DNA of 64,000 bases from Ruditapes philippinarum (Eukaryota). Both the position numbers and the translations under genes were made by a program. Numbering within the stretch: position 1 is the stretch's first letter; each line of letters begins with the position of its first letter. Below are positions 13,494 to 25,974 of the stretch, piece by piece. The stretch is from the NCBI RefSeq assembly GCF_026571515.1, contig NW_026852212.1, forward strand, positions 62,001 to 126,000, given 5' to 3'. The notes under the pieces are model-generated. The model was not told where the DNA came from, did no database searches, and saw only the letters and a list, made by a program, of their open reading frames with translations.

Positions 13494-13649
13494 TTCCTGT
13501 TGTTCTTGTAGCGTTCTGTTCAGTGACGTCTCCTGTTTCGTTCCTGTTGCATTCTTATCAGTGACCTTTCCTGTTGAGTTCTTTACGATGATGTCACAAT
13601 TAAAGGGATAAGCAATCCACGTGTACACGAATCGATTACGTCACAATTA

Positions 13650-13682
13650 GGAATAGATAATCCGAAAATTCACATTTTTATA
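13650..13682 (-). promoter_or_regulatory. Candidate TATA + Inr core promoter of copy 2 (conserved at 33799-33805 for copy 4 and 45582-45588 for copy 6)
   Basis: Minus-strand TATAAAA at 13682-13676, with YYANWYY (CTATTCC, A at 13654) 28 nt downstream. The arrangement is retained in all three A-type copies. Confidence 0.5.
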
Positions 13683-14220
13683 GTTGCTAGCCTGATTTGT
13701 TAACTTTTACTCAATTACTTTATCGTATAAATCATTTCGCCATATTGAACAATTTTTTTGCAGTTTCTAAACCAGCTTGTATAAAATATGTTCATACATA
13801 TAGAAAGAATAAAACACAAATTAGCGTAAACAAAATTCAGTGATTCAATATTGATATCATTAGTCTATCCAAATATTTAGTGGAGTGTTTGTTTACCACC
13901 AATTAACCTTGAGTCAAATATGCACAATGTATAAATCGCATACATGTTACTGATAAAAGTTACTCCATGTATAAACTTATGTTCGGATTACGTTTACCTT
14001 GTTATCAGCACAAGATTAATATTATAAATAGGAATGGACGTGAATGACCTATTCACAACAAGGAATATAAGTTATTTATCTTGGATTGTTTGCATTGTAT
14101 ATTTTAATGGAAGCATACCTTTTTTCCTGTTTATACCTAAATAAATGTTTTATGACAACGTATGACACTTAACAGGTCGGCATTTGATACTAAAGGTTGG
14201 AACGAAATCCAAATATGTCA

Positions 14221-14272
14221 GTTAATTAATAAATTAATTAATTAATTAATTAATTAAACAATTAATTAATCA
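14221..14272. repeat. (TTAA)n microsatellite; homologous (TGAA)n/(TTAA)n tracts at 34384-34560 and 46166-46195
   Basis: Directly visible, at the same position upstream of each A-type gene. Confidence 0.85.
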
Positions 14273-15179
14273 TCTCGTTATTTAAATTGATATTAAAATC
14301 ATCAAAACTGTTCTACTTTTAAAACTTTTCTGTCTGCATATGTGTAAATTGTATCTTTAAATGCAACGTACATTATATTTATATTGGAACTCTAGTAAGT
14401 AGATTTTGACATTTGAATTGTCTATCTAAAATAGTATAATTATATGTTAATTGAACTTGATTGATATTTTAATTTCATACATCAATTGAGCGAGATTATA
14501 GCTTATTCGATATTTACATTTAAGGCTTGAAATGTTATAGATACATTGCATAAATAACGGTATTCTTTAGTTGACAGTTAAGATCTTACATATACTCATG
14601 GTCATTAAAGAATGAGCCTAAGAAGCAGACCATTTAATTATTGCATATATTGTTCGTTAAAACAAATGCTTTATACTTTGTTTACTTTGTTTGTAACTCT
14701 ATCAGACATGCAAGTCAGTCATATGCATAAAGAAGACACTCCTGACATGACGGAACATTAAGTGAACATACACTTAGAAACGTTTTTGCCTGCCATTTTA
14801 ACTAGTTAACCTACAAAAATTCTTTAAATTGAGTTAAAAGCTGGATATACAGCTATATTGACAGTAATTATAACAGCTCTATCATGAATTGAGACATTTG
14901 TAATAGTAAAGTCAGGTGTTTTTTTTGTTCATTTGTTTTAATCAACATAAAAAGTATAAAAATGCAAAACTGCAAAAGCTTCATGAAACTATTCTTTTCG
15001 TTGCATTAGACAGACCATCTCCAAATATCAAAGACATTCTTTGTTAATCTTTTAACGGCAAAACGAAATGTTCGTTTACGTAAAGGACATGTGGAAATTT
15101 ATGACCAACATGACTCCTGTTATCTTCATTTATCATAGTCTAGGAGGCAAGTAAAAGAAAAAAAATATAATAGCAATCA

Positions 15180-16900
15180 CTCACATGCTCAGTAAGCTCA
15201 ATTTTCAAATGGTTCAACGTTATGTAGGTAATCATCTGCATATTCGGGTTCTGAAATTGCTGTCAGTGTCAACGTGTAATTATGTTTTTCATTTTTTACG
15301 ATTAGCCTGGTTTTCTTCTGTAGCTCTTTCAATTTCCCCTGATATACACAATCTTCTTTCAGTTTTTGTTAACGTTCTGTTTCTTACATGCGTTTATGCT
15401 ATAAGTCCGTTTTCTTTTCATCTTTTTATTTCTTTCCTCCTCTTCATCGACTTATACAGGCATAATAATTGTAGCCACCATTATCCCTGGTTGATCTTAA
15501 GAGGCAACTTATTTCGTTCGAATAACTGCAGTCTATGCATTTGTTAGCTCCTGCAGGCGAAATGGTTTGACCCCTTGTGTTGCTTTGCACTTTGTACCAT
15601 TGAGAGTAGCTAAAATACTCTTCCTTTTTTTGCGACATATGACATAAAACGTGTTGTTAAGCAAAAACAACCACACCCACAAACTACTTTAGATGATGAT
15701 TTCAAACCACAAGGTTTTGAAACGGGCAAGTTCAGAATTTCTTTGAATTCAACTGAAACACTTTCAGGGAATGACATTTTGGATGATAAGACACACAAAT
15801 GGGTCAACATTTGCAATGTGTTGTAAGATTGGTGGTGTTTCAACTATTATAGATAAAAAGACTTGGTTATTTCTTATTTCTTCTGATTGTTTCTACAATA
15901 CTGTAAAGAAAGTGAAGAGTGTGAGGTCACAGTGTTGCATAATGTAGGATGCATGTGCAAGTAAACAGAGAAGAACAATATTGCTATATCTGCATAACGT
16001 TCAAGCTTCAGGTGTAGAATAGGTTGAGTAGCCATCAACAAATGAATTCTGGGTCAGATACATCTTAAGCCAAGTGAGAAACAGTCCGCTGTCCATCTAT
16101 ATTCCCCATTTCATCAGATTCCAAACAATCAAGAACATAACTGGCAAATCGTTTACCTGGATATATTGTTAGTGGTTTGAAATAACATCATGCAGAGTTC
16201 ATACAAGCGGGATATGAGTTTTATCCGAGATGTGAAATTGTAAACATTTGGGACGCTGTTGGGTGCGAGAACTTTCCCGCTTTTGGGACGAAAGGGAAAC
16301 CCTCATTCGTCCACACTAAGACAGCGTAATAGTATTTATCACAAGGAAGGGTCATTCATGCCATCAGCAATGAAATCAGTGAACGCCATGAACCAGTTCT
16401 GAATCTTCACCAGAGCGAGCACAGTCCTATCTTTTGACAGTTGATATGGTTCTCTCTGAGAGACTCCATAGAGGCGTTAACAAATGAATCCAGGATTTTA
16501 GCAATATCTGCATCAAGAAAACATTGTCTAACCTTAGCCATGTGGACAGCCTATTTAGCCAGATAATCTTCCTCTGTTGGTGTCAAGACAGCTGCAGCCC
16601 AGTACGACTGCCAATACTTGTCTTCTCTTTGACCTTATAGACACGGAGCTCTCGAAAATATCGAACTAAGAAGTCGCTTGTGCAATCATCATAGTATCAT
16701 GCCCACTGCATACCTTAGTGTGTCATCACTACATCGCTTTCTTACTCAAGTTTTCAAATAAACTGTTTATAATTGAACATCAAATTTGAAAAATAGACAG
16801 AAAACGTTTATGTTAACTACAGGTTAAAAGCTACCTTTTTATACATTCCTGGTAAGTGACGCCACAACGTTGTCACTTTAGTTTGCCCAGTACAGATGCA
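15180..16900 (-). mobile_element. Decayed pogo/Tigger/Fot1-like (DDE_1, CENP-B-type) DNA transposon; ends approximate
   Basis: Manual minus-strand translation across stops and frameshifts gives VLTPTEEDYLAK (CENP-B-type HTH start, ~16590), VDE*GFPFRPKSGKVLAP (~16310), KPLTIYPGKRF, MDSGLFLTWLK, FVDGYSTY (~16030, cf. DGHSSH) and LLAHASYIMQHCD (~15940, cf. LPPHTSHLLQPLD). Absent from the paralogous spacer near 47150-47270. Confidence 0.8.
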
Positions 16901-19900
16901 ATCAGCATATCAACATAATTATAAACATTAAGTAATTGCATCAAATGAAAGCATAGCTAAACAAATTTGACAACCATAAATAATATTCACTAGTGAAGAA
17001 ACTCTAAAAAAATTGCCCGATATTATCTTAAAGCTTCGAAGCGATGCGCTCATGCATATATATGTGTGTGTTTATTTTTTATAAAAACAGTGAAGATTTG
17101 TAAATATATTTTGTCGAAAAAAAACTGCCTATGACCACACAACCATATAGCGTTGTATTTATTTAAATTGATGCTTATCTTGCACATGGAGCTTATTGTG
17201 GCTGAAAAAGTATTGCAGCTGATGGCAGATGCTACATTTATATTTACAAATAATGCAACAGTAATTGTTTCTTTTTTTAACCAAGTATTGTTTATTTTGG
17301 TTTCAAAATATATTGTTTTTAAATAAACGATTGCCGCTTGATATAAACAAAGAACAGCACCTGGTCATATTTTTTTTAGATATAAGCAAATCATTGCTTT
17401 CATTTGATATTCATACGTAGGGAAATAACTTGCATTATATTTTGCATGAGTTGTAACTGGTTTAAATTTTGGTTTCATAATAACAAAATAAGTATATTTT
17501 TTTATAAATGTATCATATGTAAACATACAATACAACGAAAATGAGAATAAGAAGAAGAACATATTATTGACTTAAACTACATACAAACAAACATATTGTA
17601 CATTAATCATTATATATATCTTTATTAAGTAGTAAGCCATTGATGGCCCATGTACATGCAGGAATAGAACATTCAATGTTGGAAAAAAATATATATAGAT
17701 GCTAACAATCTTGTTCGGAATAAAGGCAATCATATATCAATGACAGATTTATACCAATCCATTTCATTTCTATACTAACATACATTTAGGGAGAAACAAA
17801 GCCTCTATTTATAGCAAACATGTATAAATAGTTCGTATAATATTATAACCACATGTGTGCATTTCTTCATTAACATTTAAACATATAACTAAATTGTTGC
17901 AAATTATCAAGTTCACAACTGCTAAATAATCAACAAATCAAAGATTAACATTCGAGTGAGGATGGTCTTTAAAAACATTTTACTTAATTTAAGATCAATT
18001 TGGTTTATAACATACATTCATGAAAGTGTAAGATTCACTATCTATGAATCCGAAATTGGGTCTGGATATCTTTAGCTTACTTCCGTAGTAAGCATAATAC
18101 ATGAACTAACACAAGTAAACACCCACAAAACAACATTAAAAGAATGGTTTGAAAATACGTTAACAGTACAGAAAAAAAAGAAAATGTTGTGAATGGTTTT
18201 ATATTATCCCATTGAAAACATTTATAGAAGTTTTATCTACAAACTTGTAATAAAGAAATACTATTCTTCAGGAATATCCATCAAATATATTTAGCAGATA
18301 TGAATGCAATGCCCAGAATTTACAACATAAATATAAAATTAGTTATTACTTCAATACGTTATATTTATATTGTTATTAACATGTATGGCAGTCATCTTGA
18401 TAAAATATATGTATCAGCCGGTTATAGAACCTTGTCATATGTGTTGTCCCAAAATATTGAGAGAAAAAAACCACCACATTTAAACACGTCAGAAAAGGCG
18501 CAATTCTTTGACCTCTCACGTTATGTCTATTGGAATGGCGTTGTAGATAATTAAGTGATTGGAATGTTACCAGAGAAAAGCTACTTTTTCGGGTACAAAA
18601 TAAAGCATAACTTATTTTGGTTTCAAAGATTGCAACTGTGCATGTATCTTGTTTTTATAAAGACAAAACTAAAGGAATTTACTACTATGATGGTTAATAT
18701 TAAAAACTACAAAATGTACCTTCTACTTTGATTAATTCATCAACATAAATTAATGTTTATACATATTTTACAAAATGGCATATTCATATAGAATTTTATA
18801 ATCATAACACATGATAGTACTTTAAACAACAAATAAACACCTTCCTTAATGTGCTTAGTATCGAAACAGACTGAACTTTGTCAACTCTTAAAATTTTACT
18901 TCTCACCTTCAATTCTCACCTTCAACTGTTAACATACCATTGGCTTTTTCTGATCTTTTATGAACTCTCTTTATTAAACTGAAAGAAACCATAGCAGAAA
19001 TAAAGGTTGCAAACATACCAAAAGTCAAACAAATATTTGAATAAATGAACCACATTTGGAAACTTTGTCCATCAGATATCCAAATAAAATAGGCACACCC
19101 ATGTTCCCAACACACATAAAGATAAAGAAAATACTCGCCATTTTACCTGTCAATGTTCGGACATTTTTAGACAACCACGAAAATGGTAAACTAAATAGAA
19201 CAGACATTCCAAAACCAATCACTCCAAGAAATCCTATGAAACTATTCTCATAAACGATATAGAGCAACACAGCCGACGCTAACAGCATGGTAAATGTATA
19301 CTTAAGAAGTACCGATTTCGATGTGAACTTATTTCACAATCAGAAACGTCATTAAGAGTATCATATACACTGCCATAAAAACATAAAATCACAACATAAA
19401 AACAGGCAGACGGTAAGCAAAGGAGTGACGTCATACTATATGGAATATAAATTAATGTTTCTCCGTAATATGTTACAGAAGTGTTGACATTTATTTCTTC
19501 TTTTATTGCTAACTTTTCAGTCACAGTTTTAAATTTCCCTGTCGTTCCAAAATACAGCGGCGCAAACGATGATACATTCGAATCAAGTTGTTCAAATTTG
19601 CTGAGAAAAGTAATTGTTTTGGCTAGAAAATGTTGCTAAATAGCATGTGCGATTTCTTTATAGATAAGTATTACATTGACTAATAAAATTTAAATCTGTT
19701 TCAAGAGAAGCTGCACAAATACCATGAAACCCATGAACGATCAACATTGTCGCAAGGTGGTAGCACCAAGGTGTGAGTGCAGCAGAAACTCCCATTGTTA
19801 TTACAATGACGACAAAGATACCTATTTAATTGAAACGATCATAAGCGAAACCGCCACAGATAGCTCCAAGTAACCCACTGAAATATAACAATAATTTTAA

Positions 19901-20366
19901 CAAACTCAATTTCAGTTTGAAAAATCACGAAATTTAAAAGAAACAAACATATTTGTCCTATAAAATTGATACAAACTGGGAGCATTATATTCTTTTTTTT
20001 AATGTTAGGTGAAAATTAATTATATCCTTTCTGATTCCTGCATTTTCGTAATTGTTAAATGCCCCAATTTATGATGTCTTACGGTGCAATTAACTGGTCG
20101 GCTTTTTAATGTACAAATCATCCTCGTTTTGCTGTTCTTTAATCATTGAAACTTCGATAAATAACGTCAACTGGTAGATAAAATGTAACCAAAGGCTTCT
20201 TTTTCGAAAGAGATACGGTACTACTAACTTTTTGCTAAGCACCAAAAGTTTAAGTATGATAATTTTCAGCACTGATTTTACTACCTTGGCAAAAGTAGTT
20301 TTAAATCAATGATTATTGGACGAGGAACTTGATTTCCATATTGTCATCATTAATTTTATGTTGACA

Positions 20367-20636
20367 AGTTTAGTTTGTTTGGGTTTACGTCGCACAGACA
20401 CAGTATAGGTCATTTGGGGACGTTCCAGCTTTACTTGTGGAGGAAGACCTCAGGTGCCCTTCCGTGCATTATTTCAGACACGAACGGGTACTTGAGTACA
20501 ACCACCGACGTTCCGTAAGCTAGCTGGATAACTTTCTCACATGAAAGAATCCAAAGACCCTGTCAGGATTCGAACCTACAACGGTGAGGGGCGAGTAGTT
20601 TAAAGTCAACGACATTAACCACTCGGCCACGGACGG
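20367..20636 (-). mobile_element. Full-length tRNA-derived SINE in copy 3 intron 2
   Basis: Minus-strand head ccgTGGCCGAGTGGttaa...GGTTCGAATCC (A and B boxes, long variable arm), a central domain gaaataatgcacggaagggcacctgaggtcttcctccac, and a tail tgcgacgtaaacccaaacaaac. Absent in copy 7; the truncated same-site copy in copy 5 is at 37643-37737. Confidence 0.85.
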
Positions 20637-20757
20637 TGTGACACATTGCTTAAGACAACTGCTTGCCAACGCATTTTGACAACCCTTGCAAGGATGATAA
20701 AATGAATCAACATTACTTTTTACTTTTGGATGCGTTTATGTTGCATCTTCTAAACTG

Positions 20758-21533
20758 GGCTGCGTTTCATGGAGAGTCCTAAGTTAATCCTAAATCATAG
20801 GACTTATGACCAACTTTAGGAGAAAAAGTTTTTGCACTTAAGACTGTTTCAAGTAACTGTCCTATCTTTTGTCTTAAACTTAAGACTTATGACCAATTAA
20901 CTCTCCTGAAAAAAGTTACAAAAAACAATGACACGCGCTTAATCCCGGATTGGATTTACTATGTAATTGATTATAGCAAGTATATAAAGTAATGTATTGC
21001 CCTCTTATCATGGTGAGAGAAAATTTATACCATATTTCACGAAAAACGATAAAATAACCGTTTTATTTAATTTCATAGTAAAAAAAATTGTTACGAACCC
21101 CCTTGCTTGCTACGCAACTGCAATTGTACAGCGCGCAGTAATATTATTATTTATAGATGAGTCTTGTTTTGCATGCGATATTTGGCGCTACATTGTGACG
21201 TCATGTAAACAACTCTTTAAACGTCTGTACAGCGTTAATGACTGAACTAAAGATATTGGTGTTAGTATTTATTTTCTTACTTAGACCATTATCTATCATT
21301 CTAGATAGTTTTCAAAACAAAATTCAACAAAAGTTGTTTGATTTTGGAGCTGTTTTGACTTAGGACAATCTTAAGATACCTTTTAAACACTCCTAGACTT
21401 AGGACTGTTTTTGGTCATAAGTATAGGAGTCATAAGTTAGGATTTTTTTTAAGACTTTCTTTGAAACGCAAAGTTGTCACAATTTTTATCTTAAGACAAA
21501 CTTAAGACTTAGGACTCTCCATGAAACGCAGCC
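20758..21533. mobile_element. PIF/Harbinger-like MITE with CTG target-site duplication
   Basis: Perfect ~27-bp TIR GGCTGCGTTTCATGGAGAGTCCTAAGT / ACTTAGGACTCTCCATGAAACGCAGCC, with CTG on both flanks (20755-20757 and 21534-21536). The empty site in copy 7 (~51780) has a single CWG. Subterminal inverted gacttatgacc repeats. Confidence 0.85.
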
Positions 21534-23921
21534 CTGATATTCATACCTTTACCTTATTCCAACTGAGTGTGCTTAATTGGTTATCCAGCTGGCCGTCATA
21601 GTCTCCCTATGCAAGTAGGACAACCTAGTCAGGCCCCGAGGGAACACACATTATTGTCTATTAAAATGAAAGTACCTCTATTTAGCACAATGAGACCAAG
21701 ATGATGCCTCCACACACCATAACTTATCCAACCTGTAGCGGTTGTGCTCAGTTATTCTTTTGGTTTTAAACCTTCCGAAAGGTCTTCACCAAACGTCTAA
21801 CAATAAAAATTAGGATCATCAGTGAAAAGCCTTCTGTTTTGTCTGGTCCACCTCACATGCTCACTCGCTCATTTTAGCGGGCCTTTTGGTGACAAAGAAT
21901 CTATTGAATTCTTACACATGGTCTTCCTGATTGCAGATTACCCTCATGTTACCTTTTATGCACTGTCTGAGTACAAGCATTGACCCAAAAATCATTTAGA
22001 AATTTATTTTGAAAATGTATTGTTTATGCAAACCGTCCTCGGCGAGTGTAGATGATCAAGAATCGATTTCGAGCTGCTGTCGGTTCCCTTTATGAAGTTT
22101 ATTTGTCGCTGTCATGATTTCTGACGGTTGTGCCATACTACTGGAAGAACCTTGCCTGGATGGCTCTGTTGACATATATGTGATGTGCAGCAAGATAAAC
22201 ACCAATCTCACGATGTTTACCCCCTGCCACACCACACCTAAAGCTTTTAAAATCTTTGCTTTATTCAAATACTATCTAACAATAGGATTGCCATGTCAAT
22301 GTAAAAAGTATGACATTTGAATGACAATGGTTTTGAAATACCAATGTTTCAGGACACCGGTGTGTCTCTACTAACCTACAATAACATAGAAAAACAAGAG
22401 GCCCTTGGTTTCCGTGACCACGTGAAAAACCTTATACATTTAGATTTGCAGCATTTATCTACACTTAGTGAAGAATTAAATCTATTTTATAGAACTCTTC
22501 ATAATATAGTTACAGACGTTGGTCCTTAGCAAAAGTTGCGTAGTATATTACAAATATAAAACCATTTTTGCATAATTAATGCAAGTCGTCATGTAAAAAT
22601 GAAAATATTTACAACTTTTAAACTGTATCTTTCTCAAATATTTCTTACACATCTAAAGCTGTTTATTTAACATATATTTCACGAAATAGCACCAGACAAC
22701 CGCAAACAAAATATCAAGAAAACATAAAAATATTCCTACTATGATGAAACACATAAACTTACCTTAGTGACTTAGCTGTAAATACCCAAGAAGTCGTAGC
22801 AAGATTCTCGTCTATTATGATTCTTATATCAGGTAAAGTTGGACCAATCAAAGCGTTTCTCCATCCCTGTAATGGAAATTAAAATGATTTTGTTTATTGT
22901 GTTGGCATGTGAAAAGTTCCCGCACAAAAACACAGTTATTTAGCTCACTTTTTGAGGGTCCTTTCCAATATTCCGTAAGTTTAAGATTAGATAAAACACT
23001 CTCAATCTTTTCAAAGTTACTTCATATGATTTTAACAATTAACCTTAATCATACAAAACAATACAAAAATTCATGCTTTGTTAATTATATGATATAGATG
23101 TCACTTTTGCCAAGGGGGGTACTTTTTTAATAAATTGGGAACTATCATTTGTGAGAAACTTGCGTATGAAATGGTGAATAGTATATTACACTTTTTCTCT
23201 ATTTTTAACCACGTCAGTTGACTTGTTAAAATTGGAACAAATATTTGGCAATGTAATAACAAAAGTCTTACCATCGCAAACATACTGATGAAAATATGCA
23301 AAATGTATGTAAAATTCGATGGCTATTTGCCGAGTTGTCCGTCTTTTTGTTATCTATAACTGTTTTGTTTGTCTCGCTTGAGTTAAATTCTTGCTTGCTT
23401 GTCAATTATTCTGTTCCCGCATCGTCAATTTATAAAAGTTCTCGATTCGTTCTTTTCGATGACGTCACATAAATTATTAGGAGACTTATAATCCTCGAGC
23501 AACAAGTTAGATGATAATGTCACAATTAAAGGTAAAAATCCGAAAACTCACATATGAATAGTTCCTGTTTTTTTTGTTAATGTTACCTCAATTTATACTA
23601 TTTTACACGTCATTTCGTGATATCCAACAATTATTTTGCCTCCGTAAATACAAAATATATCTATAGTATTAAGGCATTCAACATTGGCAACAAATATAAT
23701 AAGTCAAACAAATAAATTTTCTGACCTAAAGTAATATATGTGCCAGATATAAACCGCGTTCATGTAAATGATAAAGTAACTGCATGTAGATAAACGTACG
23801 TTCTGATTATGTTAGAATTACCTTACTATCTACACAAGATTAATTTTATAAATAGAACTTTACCATAGGGATCGTTTTACGGTATCGACTTAGTTGTCAA
23901 AGAGGTAGGTGGTATTTAATA

Positions 23922-25270
23922 TTATAGATAGATAGATTTACGAGTATTTCGGCAAAGGAAGCATATACATAGTTGACAATATAACATAGGATAAAATTAT
24001 GAGCATTATTAAATACTATATCACATACGAGTAAAACTATGACATGCTATAAAACAAAAAAGGGCAAAAAAGCTCTTATTTCCATTGTGGTTCTTTGTAT
24101 TGGCGGCATGAAGTAGAGAGGCAAACCTAAATATAATCATGTTTAAAATACTAATAAATCATAAAAATGTATATCAGAGTCAAATCTTGAGTTAATGATA
24201 CTCCTGTTTACAGCTAGGATTTAAACACATTACTCAAATTGTAATAACATAAATAGCAGACAATTTAAAATCCTGAGCCGAAATATGTAAAAACATGTTT
24301 AAAAAAATTAAATACTGTTCATAAGATGACTTTTGATGGCAACCTTAAAACTTTGTAACCTGTTAATCTCCGTTAACTCTACAGGAAAATCATTCCATAA
24401 TTTAATACCATACAAAGCAAAGGATTTAGAACCATGGCCTTTGACCTTAGGTAGACAATATCCACCCTTTTGACTAAGTCTTGTACTATAATTATTTATG
24501 GAATCTTGTGAAATAAAGTGTTCAGACATGTAATCCGGAGATAGGCCATTTTTTATCTTAAAAACATGACACAACATTATCTGTTCAACTCTTTTGTGTA
24601 ACCAGTTAAGGGACTTAAAGTTAGATGGGTCAATATGGGCTCTGGAGTCCAAGTCTCCAAGTACAAATCTCATTATTTTGTTTTGACAAGTTTGTAACTT
24701 ATTTTTTAAAGATTGTGTCAAGCTATTATACCAAACAGAGCATGCATAATCATAGTGACACTTAATAAGAGACATAACCAGAAGTTTCTTGGTATGCTGA
24801 GTAAGAAACTCTTTCTTGCGGTAAAGAACAACCGAGAAATGGCCTTTTTAAGAACAGACTCGGCCATGGCGCAAAATAACAGATTTTGGTCTATAGTAAT
24901 CCCAAGATACTTGATAGATGAAGTTGTTTCAATGGATGTACCAGAACAGGTTATATGCAGGTAAGATTGTGATCAAGCTTTTGCCTGGACCCAAATAAAA
25001 TTTACCCAAGTGTAATGACAACTTATTGTCCACTAACCATTGGCTGACCAATTCCATATCATCTGTCAATGCCTTTACATAAACAGATAAACTTTTACCA
25101 GATCGAAGATACCAGAATCATCAGCATACAAAAGCAATTTATTTTTGACCACAGCTGTCATAATACATCTGCTGTCTATCTGATAAATATGATTTGAACC
25201 AATTTAGGACGTCAATACTAAGACCTGATGCTTGCATTTTCATTTAAAGAATGGAATGGTCGACTGTGTC
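23922..25270 (-). mobile_element. 5'-truncated, frameshifted CR1/L2-group LINE (RT domain to 3'UTR) upstream of copy 3
   Basis: FDTVDH at the truncation (~25260), LLYADDS (~25120) and KYLGITID; ORF 24308..24775 (DYACSVW...SFALYGIKLWN...FKVAIKSHL); (TCTA)n tail at 23923-23937. Empty site at ~54795. Confidence 0.88.
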
Positions 25271-25974
25271 AAATAATTTGCTATGAAATAGTAAAAAGCA
25301 GAATCCCTAAAGAAAACCCTATACGGCAAAATTGTAAAATGTTGCAGGCTCGGTTTGATTGAGCCTGTTCATGGACGGTACTGGAAAGACAACAATAAAG
25401 TCGGGCTGAACGATCTTCAAACAATTTCGTTTAGAAATTAAACTGCCGTTGATAGTATGTGATGAAACTAATATCATCGACCTCTTCGGCCATCATAAAA
25501 AACTGTTTTGCAAGATAAAAAGAACCATCTCGTAAAATGTCTTCATGAAAAAAATAAAACTATTTCTGCAGATATAATGTGTTTATTTTTTGTACCGTAG
25601 AAATAAAGTTAACTTTTACCAGGTGAAATATCAAATTTTAAATGTGTCCATGTCTCGTACGCGCTTGAGCATTAATTCATTATATGATATCATTTAACCA
25701 TTGCGTGTTTCATTTTACAGAGCATGAAATTATTCTGAAAACCTACATGATAAAGTCAAGTTAAATTTGCAAAACGAAAAAGAACTTATATTAAAACCAT
25801 CATGTTTTTAATCTTAGACAGTCGAATACACATGTATTTAATCAAAAACGGAGGATGAAATTCGCCGTCACACGACGCAGTATATTTCTATATCACACAT
25901 TCATTAGGTCATTGGCCGAATGTTGCAGTTGATAAATCCACTTCTATCCAACAAGTGACACTCGGGTTCGAATA

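Larger units (their letters stand above)
18909..23422 (-). pseudogene. MFS transporter copy 3 (B-type), decayed pseudogene
   Basis: Exon 1 (23422-23272) has frameshifts and an early TGA. Exon 2 (22866-22763) is intact. Exon 3 (19877-19696) has an in-frame TAA at 19826-19828 and its donor GT has become AT at 19694-19695. The exon 4 acceptor and 5' part are deleted (junction ~19630). Exon 4 also has an ~230-bp internal deletion at ~19227, a 13-bp deletion at ~19300 and a 1-bp frameshift at ~19060. Confidence 0.92.

Noticed and set aside
13494-13628. N-terminal extension MYTWIAYPF... in copies 2 and 4 (ORFs to 13628 and 33752)
   Set aside because: It starts at GTG, not ATG, and the frame is broken in sister copy 6; best read as 5'UTR.
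20555-20636. tRNA gene (also 32838-32905 and 44816-44885)
   Set aside because: Imperfect stems and embedding in repeat bodies indicate SINE heads or tRNA-derived relics.
21600-22330. GC-richer intron-2 segment with short ORFs (22056, 22114, 52268) shared by copies 3 and 7
   Set aside because: Frames are not conserved between the two copies; probably an old decayed repeat that I cannot assign.
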